64,000 bases of DNA from a virus, in the IMG/VR virus record IMGVR_UViG_3300010413_000018, positions 64,001-128,000 of that record; one strand, written 5' to 3'. The notes below the pieces were generated by a model. The model saw only the letters and a list, made by a program, of their open reading frames with translations, was not told the origin of the DNA and did no database searches. The position numbers and the translations under genes are program-made. Positions 38,944-48,228 of the stretch are shown here, in pieces. Each line of letters starts with the position of its first letter. Within the stretch, counting starts at the first letter, position 1.

Positions 38944-40221
38944 TTATACGACTGGAACCGTAATGCACCGACATAAACCGTGCGCCGGAGGAGTCTGTGT
39001 CGCATTGGTTGACAAGAAATCTTTGACTGTTTTAAATGATCCGCGTTGATCTTCTTGCCCTACAGCGCTTCGAATTACATCCGCAATTTTAGTACCTAAC
39101 GGGCCACCACGTTCTTTTGGCGCAACGTAAATTGCTCCGCCTTGTTCACGGAACCAAGCCTGTTCTTCCATCAAACCTTTTTCCGGATCTGAAGGTTGTT
39201 CAGCGGCGTCAAATTGCGCGAGCGCGCCATCCACCGGTATTTTTGTTCCGTGTAAAAACCGACAGATATTACATGTCGCACCATCGAGTACTGCTTCCCA
39301 CTCAAGAAATTCAATGCCTGCGTCTCGGTATCCGGTGAGTTGTCCGTAGCTGCTTGCGCGTCCAAGCGTCACGTTAGCCAGCATTCTAAAGTACGCTTCA
39401 GACCGATTTGTTATTCTTTGCGCTAGCGCTCCGTGTAGGTCTTTACCTATTAAGCGATCGTCAAATCCTCTTCGTAATCCTCTGGCAATAATCGCGCGTG
39501 CGTCCCGTTCCGCCCAACTGTTTGCCCGGCGACCGTAGTCTCCTTTGATAAAAAACGGCATGTTGCCAGCGATGCGTTTAATAGCCGCACGATCTGGACG
39601 AGCTAGATCGGTGGCAATGTGCAGCACACTGGCACGTCGTGAGGCTGCACCGGTTTCCAATAAAGTGACTCCCGCTTTTGTCGTCGCTGCCGTCATACCA
39701 GATCCAGCACCGATGCTCGCCGCTGCCGCGCGCGTTTCCGCTACTACCGCGTCAATTTGTGCCTCTGAAAGATTGGACCAATTAATCGCTAATGAATCTA
39801 ACGCTTCGTCAAGGTAGGCTGCTTCTTCACCGCGCGCCGCTTTCAGTAAGTTGCTTTGAAGCTTCGCTGCTATTACTGCGCGATCGGCCGGCTTTAGTGG
39901 GTCGAGCTTCTTGGCTACTTTTACCCGTTTTGTTACGAATGGCCAATACCATAATCCGGAGCGTAATCGCATCGCACCGTGTAGCGTAATCACCGTGCCT
40001 TGGCTTTTATAGGCACCAATTTCCGCGCGCAGTTCTGCTTCTTGTAAGTTTTTACAGCGTATTAATCGACGCTGCTGTGGATAATAAATTGCTACCGCAC
40101 AGCAGTCGTGTAATGTTGGAGGATCAAACGCGAGTGCTTCCACTGGAAGTCGCTTAATAATTTTCCAAGGTGGACCAATAACCCCATCAGGGTAGTCTAC
40201 CGTCGGGATGTGGTTGCACAT
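38944..40221 (-). CDS. Head morphogenesis protein (SPP1 gp7 / Mu gpF-like)
   Basis: WEAVLDGATCNICRFLHG and PPAHGLCRC; start refined to the ATG at 40221, next to the upstream stop. Confidence 0.85.
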   Translation of the reverse strand: MCNHIPTVDYPDGVIGPPWKIIKRLPVEALAFDPPTLHDCCAVAIYYPQQRRLIRCKNLQEAELRAEIGAYKSQGTVITLHGAMRLRSGLWYWPFVTKRVKVAKKLDPLKPADRAVIAAKLQSNLLKAARGEEAAYLDEALDSLAINWSNLSEAQIDAVVAETRAAAASIGAGSGMTAATTKAGVTLLETGAASRRASVLHIATDLARPDRAAIKRIAGNMPFFIKGDYGRRANSWAERDARAIIARGLRRGFDDRLIGKDLHGALAQRITNRSEAYFRMLANVTLGRASSYGQLTGYRDAGIEFLEWEAVLDGATCNICRFLHGTKIPVDGALAQFDAAEQPSDPEKGLMEEQAWFREQGGAIYVAPKERGGPLGTKIADVIRSAVGQEDQRGSFKTVKDFLSTNATQTPPAHGLCRCITVPVV

Positions 40222-40222
40222 G

Positions 40223-40612
40223 CTACCGCTTAATAACTCTTTCTCCGCCAGTGACGCGAACCTTCGCGCTTGTGGTTCCACCCAAAGTTAGTGCGGTTAC
40301 GCGAAACGCAGTCACGTGTCCGTTGATTTCTACCGTCCCTTCGGCGCCTTTCGCTAATACGATCGGAGTAAGCGCAGTCCATTGAACTCCGCTTGCCATT
40401 TGAAGCTGAATCAGCGGTTCAACCGTTAAGGTTGGGCTGGTTGGCGTACCGCCTACAAATTCACAGTACACGCGTACCTTTTTCCAAATACGGCCGTCGA
40501 AAATATCCGCATCACTGGAAGGTTCCCAAGCGGCTGCGTCGGCTGCCGTTAGGGTGTCACGCACTATTGCGGTGCCGCTTTCACCCATCAATTTGCTGTA
40601 AGCGTTATCCAT
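40223..40612 (-). CDS. Hypothetical beta-rich protein
   Basis: Coupled between the portal and morphogenesis genes. Confidence 0.55.
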   Translation of the reverse strand: MDNAYSKLMGESGTAIVRDTLTAADAAAWEPSSDADIFDGRIWKKVRVYCEFVGGTPTSPTLTVEPLIQLQMASGVQWTALTPIVLAKGAEGTVEINGHVTAFRVTALTLGGTTSAKVRVTGGERVIKR

Positions 40613-40613
40613 G

Positions 40614-42350
40614 TTAATCCTCGTTTGATTGTTGGTGTTCTTCTTCCACGGCAGCGCGCATTGTGCGAACTGCTACCTGCCTCAGTGCTTTCACTGCACG
40701 ATCTTGATCTTCCGCAAGAGTGCGCGCTTCGTCTGCCATTATGTCAAGGTCAGAGTTTTCGTCGCGTTCATCAGTTGGATTAGCAAGCTGATGCCCGGCT
40801 AGGGTTAGTTCAAGCGGTTGCTTCGCCCAATCGTACGGAAGCGCTGGGATGGTCATTCCAAGAGCGTCAGCGAGAATGGCGCGCGCTTCGTTGATCGTCA
40901 ACACGTTGACTTTTACCAAACGTTCCATCACTTCAGAAACTATGTCTGGGTCTCGGGTGCGATTACCCGCTGACTTAAACTTCCAAAGCATGATGCCCAG
41001 TTCCGGAAGAATCTTACGATTTATGAATGCGTCAAATTCTTTACGTTCCGGTTCGAACACTTGTTCTTCAGCGAAGCGCAAGCTAGCCATCGCCGTGCTT
41101 TTATTGAAATCTCGTACGTCTCCGCGCATCAAACGTGGTAGCCTAAACGCAGAACCTATCTTATCGATGTTGCGTTCATCGTACGTTTGAAATTGACCGT
41201 CGTTCAGTTGAGTTTCTGTTAATGGTTTAAACTCAATTTTTGGTGCTGCTGCAACGCCTGAAAGTTGCTGTGCATCAGAAACGTTTGCTTCAAGAATTAG
41301 AATTTTGTGAAAGTTGCGTCGACCCTTAATTTGATCGCGAATGTAAGTTTCAATTTTTGAATGGTCATCTTTACCGAGGCGACCACCTTGCACAAGAATA
41401 GCCAACGGCGGAATAGTCTTATTTTCGAAATAGTCGAAGTTGACTTCATCAGCGGCGCGCGATCCTAATGCGGCAAGCAACACGCCTACCCAACGCGGCA
41501 TACCGTAAGCTTCGCCAGGGCGCGGTAGTTTAAAGTGCAGCATTTCAGTAGCCGGCTTATCGTTCTCTGCTTTGTTAGCCTCAAACTCATCCATGTCCTT
41601 GTATACGTTTCCGGTCTTACGCGATACTACCCGAGGGTCGCCAAACTCTTTAAAATAAACCGCCGTTCGGCTAATCACTTGAACGTAGCGCCTAAAAAAG
41701 CGGTATTGTACGATGGTTTCAGTTTGAAGTGGGCCGGACGGAACTTCATCTTCAACAGCGATAGGATCTTTATCTTGCTTGGTTAGGCGAACGTGTGTCG
41801 CCGGCACTAGCAAAGCGCGAGAAACTTTTCCTTCTTTGTTGCGAAGAATCTCCCAATACGCGTTGCCGATTGTCTCAAGATGCTGGCGTGTTTGGCGCCG
41901 TAGCGACGTGAATGACCCTTCCGGATTGATGTACTCTAAAAAGTTGCGTAGCATTAATTCTTCAAACCGCGCGCGCGTCCGTAGGCTTTTCATCTCTTCT
42001 TCAACTTCATCATCAGACGGCATGTTTTCCAGTTCGCCAGTTTTCAGCCACATTGCTTCCCGCACCTTTTCGTGCACTTCGTCGCTTTCAAAGTCAAAGA
42101 CTGGTTCTAAACGGTAGCCTAACCCGTCGATATTGGTCGAGTACGATTCGATATTTTGGTTGAGCGCACTGCTGTTTTCAACAATACGCATCAGCTTTAG
42201 TGGATCGTACGGTGGCATCAGCAAATTGTCGCTTGCTACTAAATCGCGTAGCGTGTTGCTGGTGTCATCCTGTAATGACGCTGGTTGTTCAGTGGCGCCT
42301 GCTTCGGCGACGGTTGCTTTAAAAATTGTAACTTTTTCTCTATTGTCCAT
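40614..42350 (-). CDS. Portal protein (PBSX-like)
   Basis: PPYDP; IGNAYWEILRN; EMLHFK...YGMPRW; YFENKTIP; SAFRLP; VLTINEAR. Confidence 0.92.
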   Translation of the reverse strand: MDNREKVTIFKATVAEAGATEQPASLQDDTSNTLRDLVASDNLLMPPYDPLKLMRIVENSSALNQNIESYSTNIDGLGYRLEPVFDFESDEVHEKVREAMWLKTGELENMPSDDEVEEEMKSLRTRARFEELMLRNFLEYINPEGSFTSLRRQTRQHLETIGNAYWEILRNKEGKVSRALLVPATHVRLTKQDKDPIAVEDEVPSGPLQTETIVQYRFFRRYVQVISRTAVYFKEFGDPRVVSRKTGNVYKDMDEFEANKAENDKPATEMLHFKLPRPGEAYGMPRWVGVLLAALGSRAADEVNFDYFENKTIPPLAILVQGGRLGKDDHSKIETYIRDQIKGRRNFHKILILEANVSDAQQLSGVAAAPKIEFKPLTETQLNDGQFQTYDERNIDKIGSAFRLPRLMRGDVRDFNKSTAMASLRFAEEQVFEPERKEFDAFINRKILPELGIMLWKFKSAGNRTRDPDIVSEVMERLVKVNVLTINEARAILADALGMTIPALPYDWAKQPLELTLAGHQLANPTDERDENSDLDIMADEARTLAEDQDRAVKALRQVAVRTMRAAVEEEHQQSNED

Positions 42351-42351
42351 A

Positions 42352-45105
42352 TTACCCTACCGTTTGGACGCCAATACTATTATGAGCGCCAGCTACTCTA
42401 CGCGCCAGTTCTCGCGCAAACCAGCTCGCCATCAAACGATCGCCTGTGTGTGCTTTTGGATCATAGTACAGCATTTCTTCAATCCATAGCCTAATTTGTG
42501 GGTCGGTTGCTTCTTTACCTTTACTAGGAATAATCCATCGGTGATTAGCAAATTCAGTAGCTAGAGCTTCAATACCGAACGTGGGATTAGCCTTGTTTTT
42601 TCCAGTGGTGAACGGCACTAACGGGATCAATTCTGGCCCTTGCTCTAGCACAAACTGAAGAATAAAGTCTTGGGCATTGTGCACTATAAAATCTTCAACG
42701 GTAAAACTTTCGTCTTCTTCTACAACTAAATTGTATACTGTTTGGTTGCATTGTGTGTAAGGATCTTGTTCGATACTTGGGACTTTAGCCCAAGCATGCC
42801 CATCTTCAAATAGTAGTTGGCCTCTATGGTCTTTGTATCCTTTAATTTTGTCTTGTTCCCACCACGTATGCCAATGTATGCGTTCAACGTCTAAAGTCAT
42901 CTGCTGTTTTAATTTTTTTGTAGCGCTGCGGCTCATTAATAAATTATAAATTTGGTTTCTGTTGATGACTCTACCTTCAATAATTGATGGTTGCGCGCCT
43001 CTTCTACCAATGCGTAAAGATGTTGACAGCTCAGCTTCTGATAAGGTAGTGCGGGCAAACAGCATCCAATTGCGAGAAATGCTAGTTCCGCGCATAACAA
43101 ATGATGGATGATTTGTTGTTTTGTTTATAACACTAATATTACCATCCCCTAATAACCATCCACGTACGATAGCTAGTCTAAGTTCTAACGGCCATCCTAG
43201 CCATTTTATAGGCAAACATTTTTTAGTACCAACCCCACATTTTAACGCATCAGCTAATGCGGCACTGTTGGCAATTACGCGTAGGGTGCTTGGTGTTGAA
43301 CCAACTGTTACGCGTACTTTGCAGCCAATTTTTTCTTGCACAGTTTGTTGTATAAATTGAGCTAGATGTTGTTCTTTACTGGATAAAGTCCATGTTACTT
43401 GGCTTCGTGTCGTATGTCCTTCAGCCATAAATAATCCAAGCACAACCGCAAAGTTTTCATCTATAACAATGCGTTTTGAGCAATCTCTGGTCGTTTTTCT
43501 TAATATAATTTGTGCTTTTTTCTTTGGCCATTTAGGCACCGCAATAGCTGTGTAAGCCGCTTTATCGCGAAATCCATAACTAATCCATTGTGCTTTTCCA
43601 GTTGGGCGATGCTTTCCTACATCTGGGTTTTTATAAGAACCTTTTATCCGTCCAGCTTCACGCATATAAAACCAGTGATTGGGTGTAGTTTCAACTGGTA
43701 GGCAACCTTTTCCTTGAGCAGTTACTTTTGTACGAGATTGGCCTTTTATAAGATCTTTTACTGCTCTCCAGCGATTATTATGGGTCCAAACTAATTCACC
43801 AATTTTAATATTTTCTATAGGCTTATAACCGGTTTTTGTTAGCACTAAGGTACCTTCAGGAAAACAAGAATTGTTCTCGACGCACACTATGCTACCAAAC
43901 CGACGGTGTACGTTTATAATCTTAGCCACTATTTCCGGTCCGGTCCATTTCCCAGCTTGGACTTCTACCACTTGACGAAAGTTGTTCGGATGCAAAAAGA
44001 TAGTGAATATTACCGTTTCATCAGCGCTCGCGTTGCGTTGAACCCCTAAGTCAACACCGGTTAAAAAGCCACCTTCTACACCTTCCGTTAGTTTGGCAAT
44101 TGCTTCGACAATTTCAATACGTTCGTCTACTTCTTCAACTTCGTCCAGCCAACTAGCAGGGGCAAGGTCTGGATGGTAAGCATAAAATTCTGACGCGGTA
44201 GTAGCGGTGCAGCATTTATCCCCAGCCTCTAAACACGCATCCATCCATTCTTGCTTGAATCGCGATTCTGAATCATCCCGCGCTTTACACATCATCTGCC
44301 GCGCAAATTCAGTTGGTCCAAGTTCAACGCGCTTTCTGGTAATACGATCTTGCGGCCAAGCTTCCGGCCATGCAGCGGCACCCTTTGAGTCTATTAACGG
44401 AAATCGCATGGTGTGCCAAACTGCGGTTTGTTTTTCAAATCGGTGCAACATATCGTCCGGATGCCACGCGGTACCAATAATAATCACGCGTGCATGTCGT
44501 GTTAAAGTACCAACTATAGTTGCATGATACCAGTCATACAAATCACGCCGTTGTGACGGATTCATTGTATTTTCAAAGCTTAGAATATCGTCCAAAATGG
44601 CCAAGTCGATACGTGCGCCGAGAACCTGTCCGTGGACACCGATTGCTTGTACTGAAGGATCTCTTTTCGGGCGTTCCGATCGTACGGTAATAGCCGATGA
44701 AGTCCACGGTTCTCCAGGTATCAAACGTGGAAAAATTAACCGTAGCATTTCATTGGTTTCAATATAGTTAGCAATGTTCCGTACGATTTTTTCCGCTTGT
44801 CTGAAAGTGTTCGAGATTATTGCTATTCTTATGTCTGGATTTTTTCCCAGCTCGAATAACGGCCGGCCGACTGCCATTTGGGTCGTTTTACCAGATTCGC
44901 GATGTGCGTAAAGTAGTACTCGGTCGTGAATGTCGCAGGCTTCATGCCATATTTCATGGCATGGTGCTTGAATAACGGTGTTCCCGGAAAACTCATCTTT
45001 CAAAACTAACTCAAGAAAGGTATTAATTTCAGACCGTGCAGTAACTATGCGCGCTTGTCTGGCACGTTCAGCGATTGTGAATTGGTCGGTTTGGTTTTTT
45101 TCCAT
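42352..45105 (-). CDS. terL: Terminase large subunit (intein-containing)
   Basis: Walker A RESGKTT, Walker B LAILDD, IIIGTAWH, nuclease GVDLG and HTGDRLMA; upstream of the portal. The track start is TTG 45111; ATG 45105 is preferred. Confidence 0.93.
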   Translation of the reverse strand: MEKNQTDQFTIAERARQARIVTARSEINTFLELVLKDEFSGNTVIQAPCHEIWHEACDIHDRVLLYAHRESGKTTQMAVGRPLFELGKNPDIRIAIISNTFRQAEKIVRNIANYIETNEMLRLIFPRLIPGEPWTSSAITVRSERPKRDPSVQAIGVHGQVLGARIDLAILDDILSFENTMNPSQRRDLYDWYHATIVGTLTRHARVIIIGTAWHPDDMLHRFEKQTAVWHTMRFPLIDSKGAAAWPEAWPQDRITRKRVELGPTEFARQMMCKARDDSESRFKQEWMDACLEAGDKCCTATTASEFYAYHPDLAPASWLDEVEEVDERIEIVEAIAKLTEGVEGGFLTGVDLGVQRNASADETVIFTIFLHPNNFRQVVEVQAGKWTGPEIVAKIINVHRRFGSIVCVENNSCFPEGTLVLTKTGYKPIENIKIGELVWTHNNRWRAVKDLIKGQSRTKVTAQGKGCLPVETTPNHWFYMREAGRIKGSYKNPDVGKHRPTGKAQWISYGFRDKAAYTAIAVPKWPKKKAQIILRKTTRDCSKRIVIDENFAVVLGLFMAEGHTTRSQVTWTLSSKEQHLAQFIQQTVQEKIGCKVRVTVGSTPSTLRVIANSAALADALKCGVGTKKCLPIKWLGWPLELRLAIVRGWLLGDGNISVINKTTNHPSFVMRGTSISRNWMLFARTTLSEAELSTSLRIGRRGAQPSIIEGRVINRNQIYNLLMSRSATKKLKQQMTLDVERIHWHTWWEQDKIKGYKDHRGQLLFEDGHAWAKVPSIEQDPYTQCNQTVYNLVVEEDESFTVEDFIVHNAQDFILQFVLEQGPELIPLVPFTTGKNKANPTFGIEALATEFANHRWIIPSKGKEATDPQIRLWIEEMLYYDPKAHTGDRLMASWFARELARRVAGAHNSIGVQTVG
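42676..43866 (-). mobile_element. Intein (397 aa) with LAGLIDADG homing endonuclease, in the TerL nuclease domain
   Basis: Block A CFPEGTLV, block B TTPNHWF, LGLFMAEG and RGWLLGDG endonuclease motifs, block F/G VYNLVV...FIVHN. Flanks are VENNS | AQDFIL. Confidence 0.92.
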
Positions 45106-45152
45106 GCTCAATTTTAGCCTGATTTGCCCAGATCTGCTATTTTATCACTATG
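45105..45152. promoter_or_regulatory. Divergent promoter region between terL and the plus-strand cassette
   Basis: Minus strand: TAAAAT-N5-ATG(45105). Plus strand: TGcTATTTT-N6-ATG(45150). No SD on either side. Confidence 0.4.
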
Positions 45153-45518
45153 GCACACAATATCAAAAAAGTTAACCAATGCCTACGTACCCTCAAAACC
45201 TTGATCCAAGCGGCGCCGCGCAATTCACAGCACACTTTGTATTTGCTTTGGGATGTCGCATATTACGCCTACCTTGCAGCAAAACGTGAAAAAAACGTTG
45301 AAGCTGAAATGCTCGCGGTAGCTTCCCATCTTGAAAAATTGGTTGGTGATTTACGGGATTGTGGAGTCGCTATTTCCAACGAACCTTTCATACTGAACGT
45401 TATTAGTGAACTTCATGATCGTTACGATCCACCGCCAGTCGAAATTAAATATGAGCCGGCAGCGCCAACTTTTCGCATGGGTCCAGCTGGCGCACCACGG
45501 ATTAAAAATGGACGCTGA
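45150..45518 (+). CDS. Hypothetical helical protein
   Basis: First gene of the opposite-strand cassette. Confidence 0.6.
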   Translation: MAHNIKKVNQCLRTLKTLIQAAPRNSQHTLYLLWDVAYYAYLAAKREKNVEAEMLAVASHLEKLVGDLRDCGVAISNEPFILNVISELHDRYDPPPVEIKYEPAAPTFRMGPAGAPRIKNGR

Positions 45519-45807
45519 ATTAGCTTTTTCATATGCTGAAAAAATTGATCTCGCGCTCGGAAATCTTCACAATATTGGGGTAAAAGTAAATCTACAGCAA
45601 ACACGTCGCGCATATTTAGACACTAAGCGATCCTTTCAAACAGCGCGGTGTGAACGTCGACGCCGACGAAATTTTACAAAAAATCTAGAAGCTTTTGTAT
45701 TAACCAGTAAGAAGCTATGCGAACTCGCAGAAAAAGCCGGAGAGCACCCAGAGATTCCGTTAAGCGTAAAAGCGTCTATCAATGCTATGGACGCCGCATT
45801 GAAATAG
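45508..45807 (+). CDS. Hypothetical helical protein
   Basis: Start refined to MDAELAF (45508), overlapping the upstream stop. Confidence 0.55.
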   Translation: MDAELAFSYAEKIDLALGNLHNIGVKVNLQQTRRAYLDTKRSFQTARCERRRRRNFTKNLEAFVLTSKKLCELAEKAGEHPEIPLSVKASINAMDAALK

Positions 45808-46145
45808 CCGGCCGAGACATTCGCAGTATTGTGGGTAACGTATTGCAAAAAGCAAACCGTTGCATCCACACCAGTTCACCTCGCACGCACATTGAAAGCA
45901 TCAGCAGTTTGTCTGCATTTATTGTTTCGTTGCTCAAACAAGAAGAGCTTTCTTCTAAAGATTTTGATCGGTTACAGCGCGGTATGAAGCTTATACTAGA
46001 GCACGCCGATGCAATTTTTCACGATGAATGCTGGGGTGCGCCGGTTAATTCTATGATTGAATTTACTGAAGCAATGGTTTTGCTACGAAAAGAAATCGAT
46101 ATAATTGAAACTTCACGAAAACTTTTAGAGGAAGTGGTTTTGTAG
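45717..46145 (+). CDS. Hypothetical helical protein (true start probably further downstream)
   Basis: Fills the cassette; ends EIDIIETSRKLLEEVVL. Confidence 0.5.
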   Translation: MRTRRKSRRAPRDSVKRKSVYQCYGRRIEIAGRDIRSIVGNVLQKANRCIHTSSPRTHIESISSLSAFIVSLLKQEELSSKDFDRLQRGMKLILEHADAIFHDECWGAPVNSMIEFTEAMVLLRKEIDIIETSRKLLEEVVL

Positions 46146-46480
46146 TGCAACTTTTAGAATTTCAAGCTGCAAATGCCGTCAACCCCCATATTGATAATAT
46201 GCTGCGCTTAATGAACAGCATGTGTATTGCAATGCAAAAAGCTCCCAGCGTTAGCTTATTAAAATTAAAGCGCGCGGCTATTCTACGAGTACTTGATACC
46301 GAAACGTGTGTTTGTCCTGGTGTTTTTAAATTTCGAGAATTTGCGCACGTCGCCAGCGGTTTAATTGCTGCAGCCGGGCACAGTGCGGATCCTAGCTGGG
46401 CACCACTAGTGCGCCGATTCAATGCAGAGATTGAATTATACGAAACCGCGTTAGCGTTGGTACGAGAAACGGTTGTATAA
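46145..46480 (+). CDS. Hypothetical helical protein
   Basis: TAGTG coupling with GAGG SD; ends EIELYETALALVRETVV. Confidence 0.6.
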   Translation: MQLLEFQAANAVNPHIDNMLRLMNSMCIAMQKAPSVSLLKLKRAAILRVLDTETCVCPGVFKFREFAHVASGLIAAAGHSADPSWAPLVRRFNAEIELYETALALVRETVV

Positions 46481-47152
46481 ATCACTTAAGCACAGCTGTA
46501 GAGCTTCGAGAATGCTGTCTTGATTTAAGTGAGAGCTGGAGTTGCGGTATTCAATGGGAATTTCGATGTACGACAATTTACTCGCTAGCGCTCGCGCGCG
46601 CACTTCGCTTTGATAGTAATGGCCTTCAGCTTTAAAACTATGCTGATGGGTATGAAGTAAAGCTCCACGCGTATATCCTATGAAACCACTAGTTGCGTCC
46701 TTGAATTTAGATCTGTGGCAAAAATTAAAAAGCCAGGTTCCAAGCTTACTGAGCCAGTAGCGTTTTCTGGATCCTAGATACGATCCGTGATACAAGCGTT
46801 CGCCAAATACAATATCCACGTTGGTGTGTTTTGCCATTCGTATGAAACGCGGTATTTCTGTTGGATCATGACTACCGCCAGCATCCATTTCAATAATAAA
46901 ATCCACATTATCATGCAACGCGGCTAGTAAACCGGTCGAATAAACTGCGGGCAGTCCACGCCGAGTTGGAGGCACATTAATTACTATTGCTCCAGCTTCA
47001 CGCGCTACTTCCGCTGTGTTATCTACGCTTGTATCGTTGCAGACGTAAACACAGTCTGCATGCTTAAGCGCTTCTTTTACTATTGCCCCTATACTTAACT
47101 CTTCGTCCCGACACGGTATTACTACCGCACAATACGCGTTGGATGAAATCAT
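46451..47152 (-). CDS. Glycosyltransferase family 2 (GT-A, DPM1-like)
   Basis: VVIPCRDEE, CNDTSVDNT, EMDAGGSHDP, IVFGER, DATSGF, EIPIEY. Confidence 0.85.
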   Translation of the reverse strand: MISSNAYCAVVIPCRDEELSIGAIVKEALKHADCVYVCNDTSVDNTAEVAREAGAIVINVPPTRRGLPAVYSTGLLAALHDNVDFIIEMDAGGSHDPTEIPRFIRMAKHTNVDIVFGERLYHGSYLGSRKRYWLSKLGTWLFNFCHRSKFKDATSGFIGYTRGALLHTHQHSFKAEGHYYQSEVRARALASKLSYIEIPIEYRNSSSHLNQDSILEALQLCLSDLYNRFSYQR

Positions 47153-48225
47153 TTGAGGTTCCTTATTGCTTCTTTAAGGGTAATACCTTGCTTGAATCTT
47201 GTGATGTTAGTGATCATATTCCAATGCCGTTTAACGGCTGCCATACGCGCGTCTGACGATAGCTTTAATAAGGCATCAAATTGTTCTTTGAATTCAACCG
47301 TTGAAACTACAATCAGATCAGAACAACCTGTAGCTTCTAAAGTGGTCTTTACACTGGGCTGGATAAAGTTGCTGTATAAAACTGGTAGTCCAGCGCGCCC
47401 ATTTTCAAAGAAGCGCTCCGCAACAAAATCGTTTTTGGCGTAAGCCGGATCCGTCATGTACAGTGTGCATAAATACTTGTTCAAGAGTGAAGCTACCGCG
47501 TCTTCCCGCACGCGCCCTTTAAAAGTTATGTTGGGGGCGCGTAACTGCACACGACTTCGCCGACTCCACTGACCGTAAATGTCCACCGGAATACCGGTGC
47601 CTTTAAACCAGCGGGTTAACTCTTTCATTCTACCTGGACGGTCAGACCCAAAGTACGCGACTTTGGGTATTGGATCTAAATGCACTTCTTGGCGACGTCG
47701 TTCTAATTCAACCAGTTCAAAGAAGCACTGACAGTGGGTGTAATTCACTTCACCGTAGCCAGAACTCTTACTCTTGCTGGCGCGCACTAACCGTTCGTCG
47801 ACTTGAGTCATTAAAACCCAGTCCTTATTCAGCATTGGATCGGGCAGTGCCTTTCCTTTGATTGGACTGGGTTGAAACATGAACGGTAAAGCTACGTCCC
47901 ATTGGGCGTAAACTGCCTTTCCAGAGTAGGTCGATAGTAACTGGTACGTTCGCTCGTATCCTGGAAACATTGCGTTCGACGGACCGGTTAGGATGAACGC
48001 TAGGTCAAAGTCTTGGATACTGGGAATCGACGGGATGTACGCAGTAATTCCAGACCCTGGACGCTTCAAGCTACAAGCTGTCGCTTTAGTGGCCTGGTCT
48101 ACGACAAAAACATCGCCCAGTTCGGCCAAATACTTAATCACGAAGCTTGTTATAGTACCACCACCAACCGCGCTTTCGATGTCAGTTTGGAGCGGTAGTC
48201 CGTATCTCCATAAAGCGATCTTCAC
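47149..48225 (-). CDS. GT-B glycosyltransferase resembling T4 DNA beta-glucosyltransferase
   Basis: YFGSDRPGR...VDIYG...FKGRV...TDPAYAKNDFVAERFFE matches by eye the BGT C-terminal nucleotide-sugar-binding pattern as I recall it (YGGSFRSG...FFG...FTGKI...GDKNY.DNFITLRVWE). Confidence 0.65.
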   Translation of the reverse strand: MKIALWRYGLPLQTDIESAVGGGTITSFVIKYLAELGDVFVVDQATKATACSLKRPGSGITAYIPSIPSIQDFDLAFILTGPSNAMFPGYERTYQLLSTYSGKAVYAQWDVALPFMFQPSPIKGKALPDPMLNKDWVLMTQVDERLVRASKSKSSGYGEVNYTHCQCFFELVELERRRQEVHLDPIPKVAYFGSDRPGRMKELTRWFKGTGIPVDIYGQWSRRSRVQLRAPNITFKGRVREDAVASLLNKYLCTLYMTDPAYAKNDFVAERFFENGRAGLPVLYSNFIQPSVKTTLEATGCSDLIVVSTVEFKEQFDALLKLSSDARMAAVKRHWNMITNITRFKQGITLKEAIRNLK

Positions 48226-48228
48226 CGG

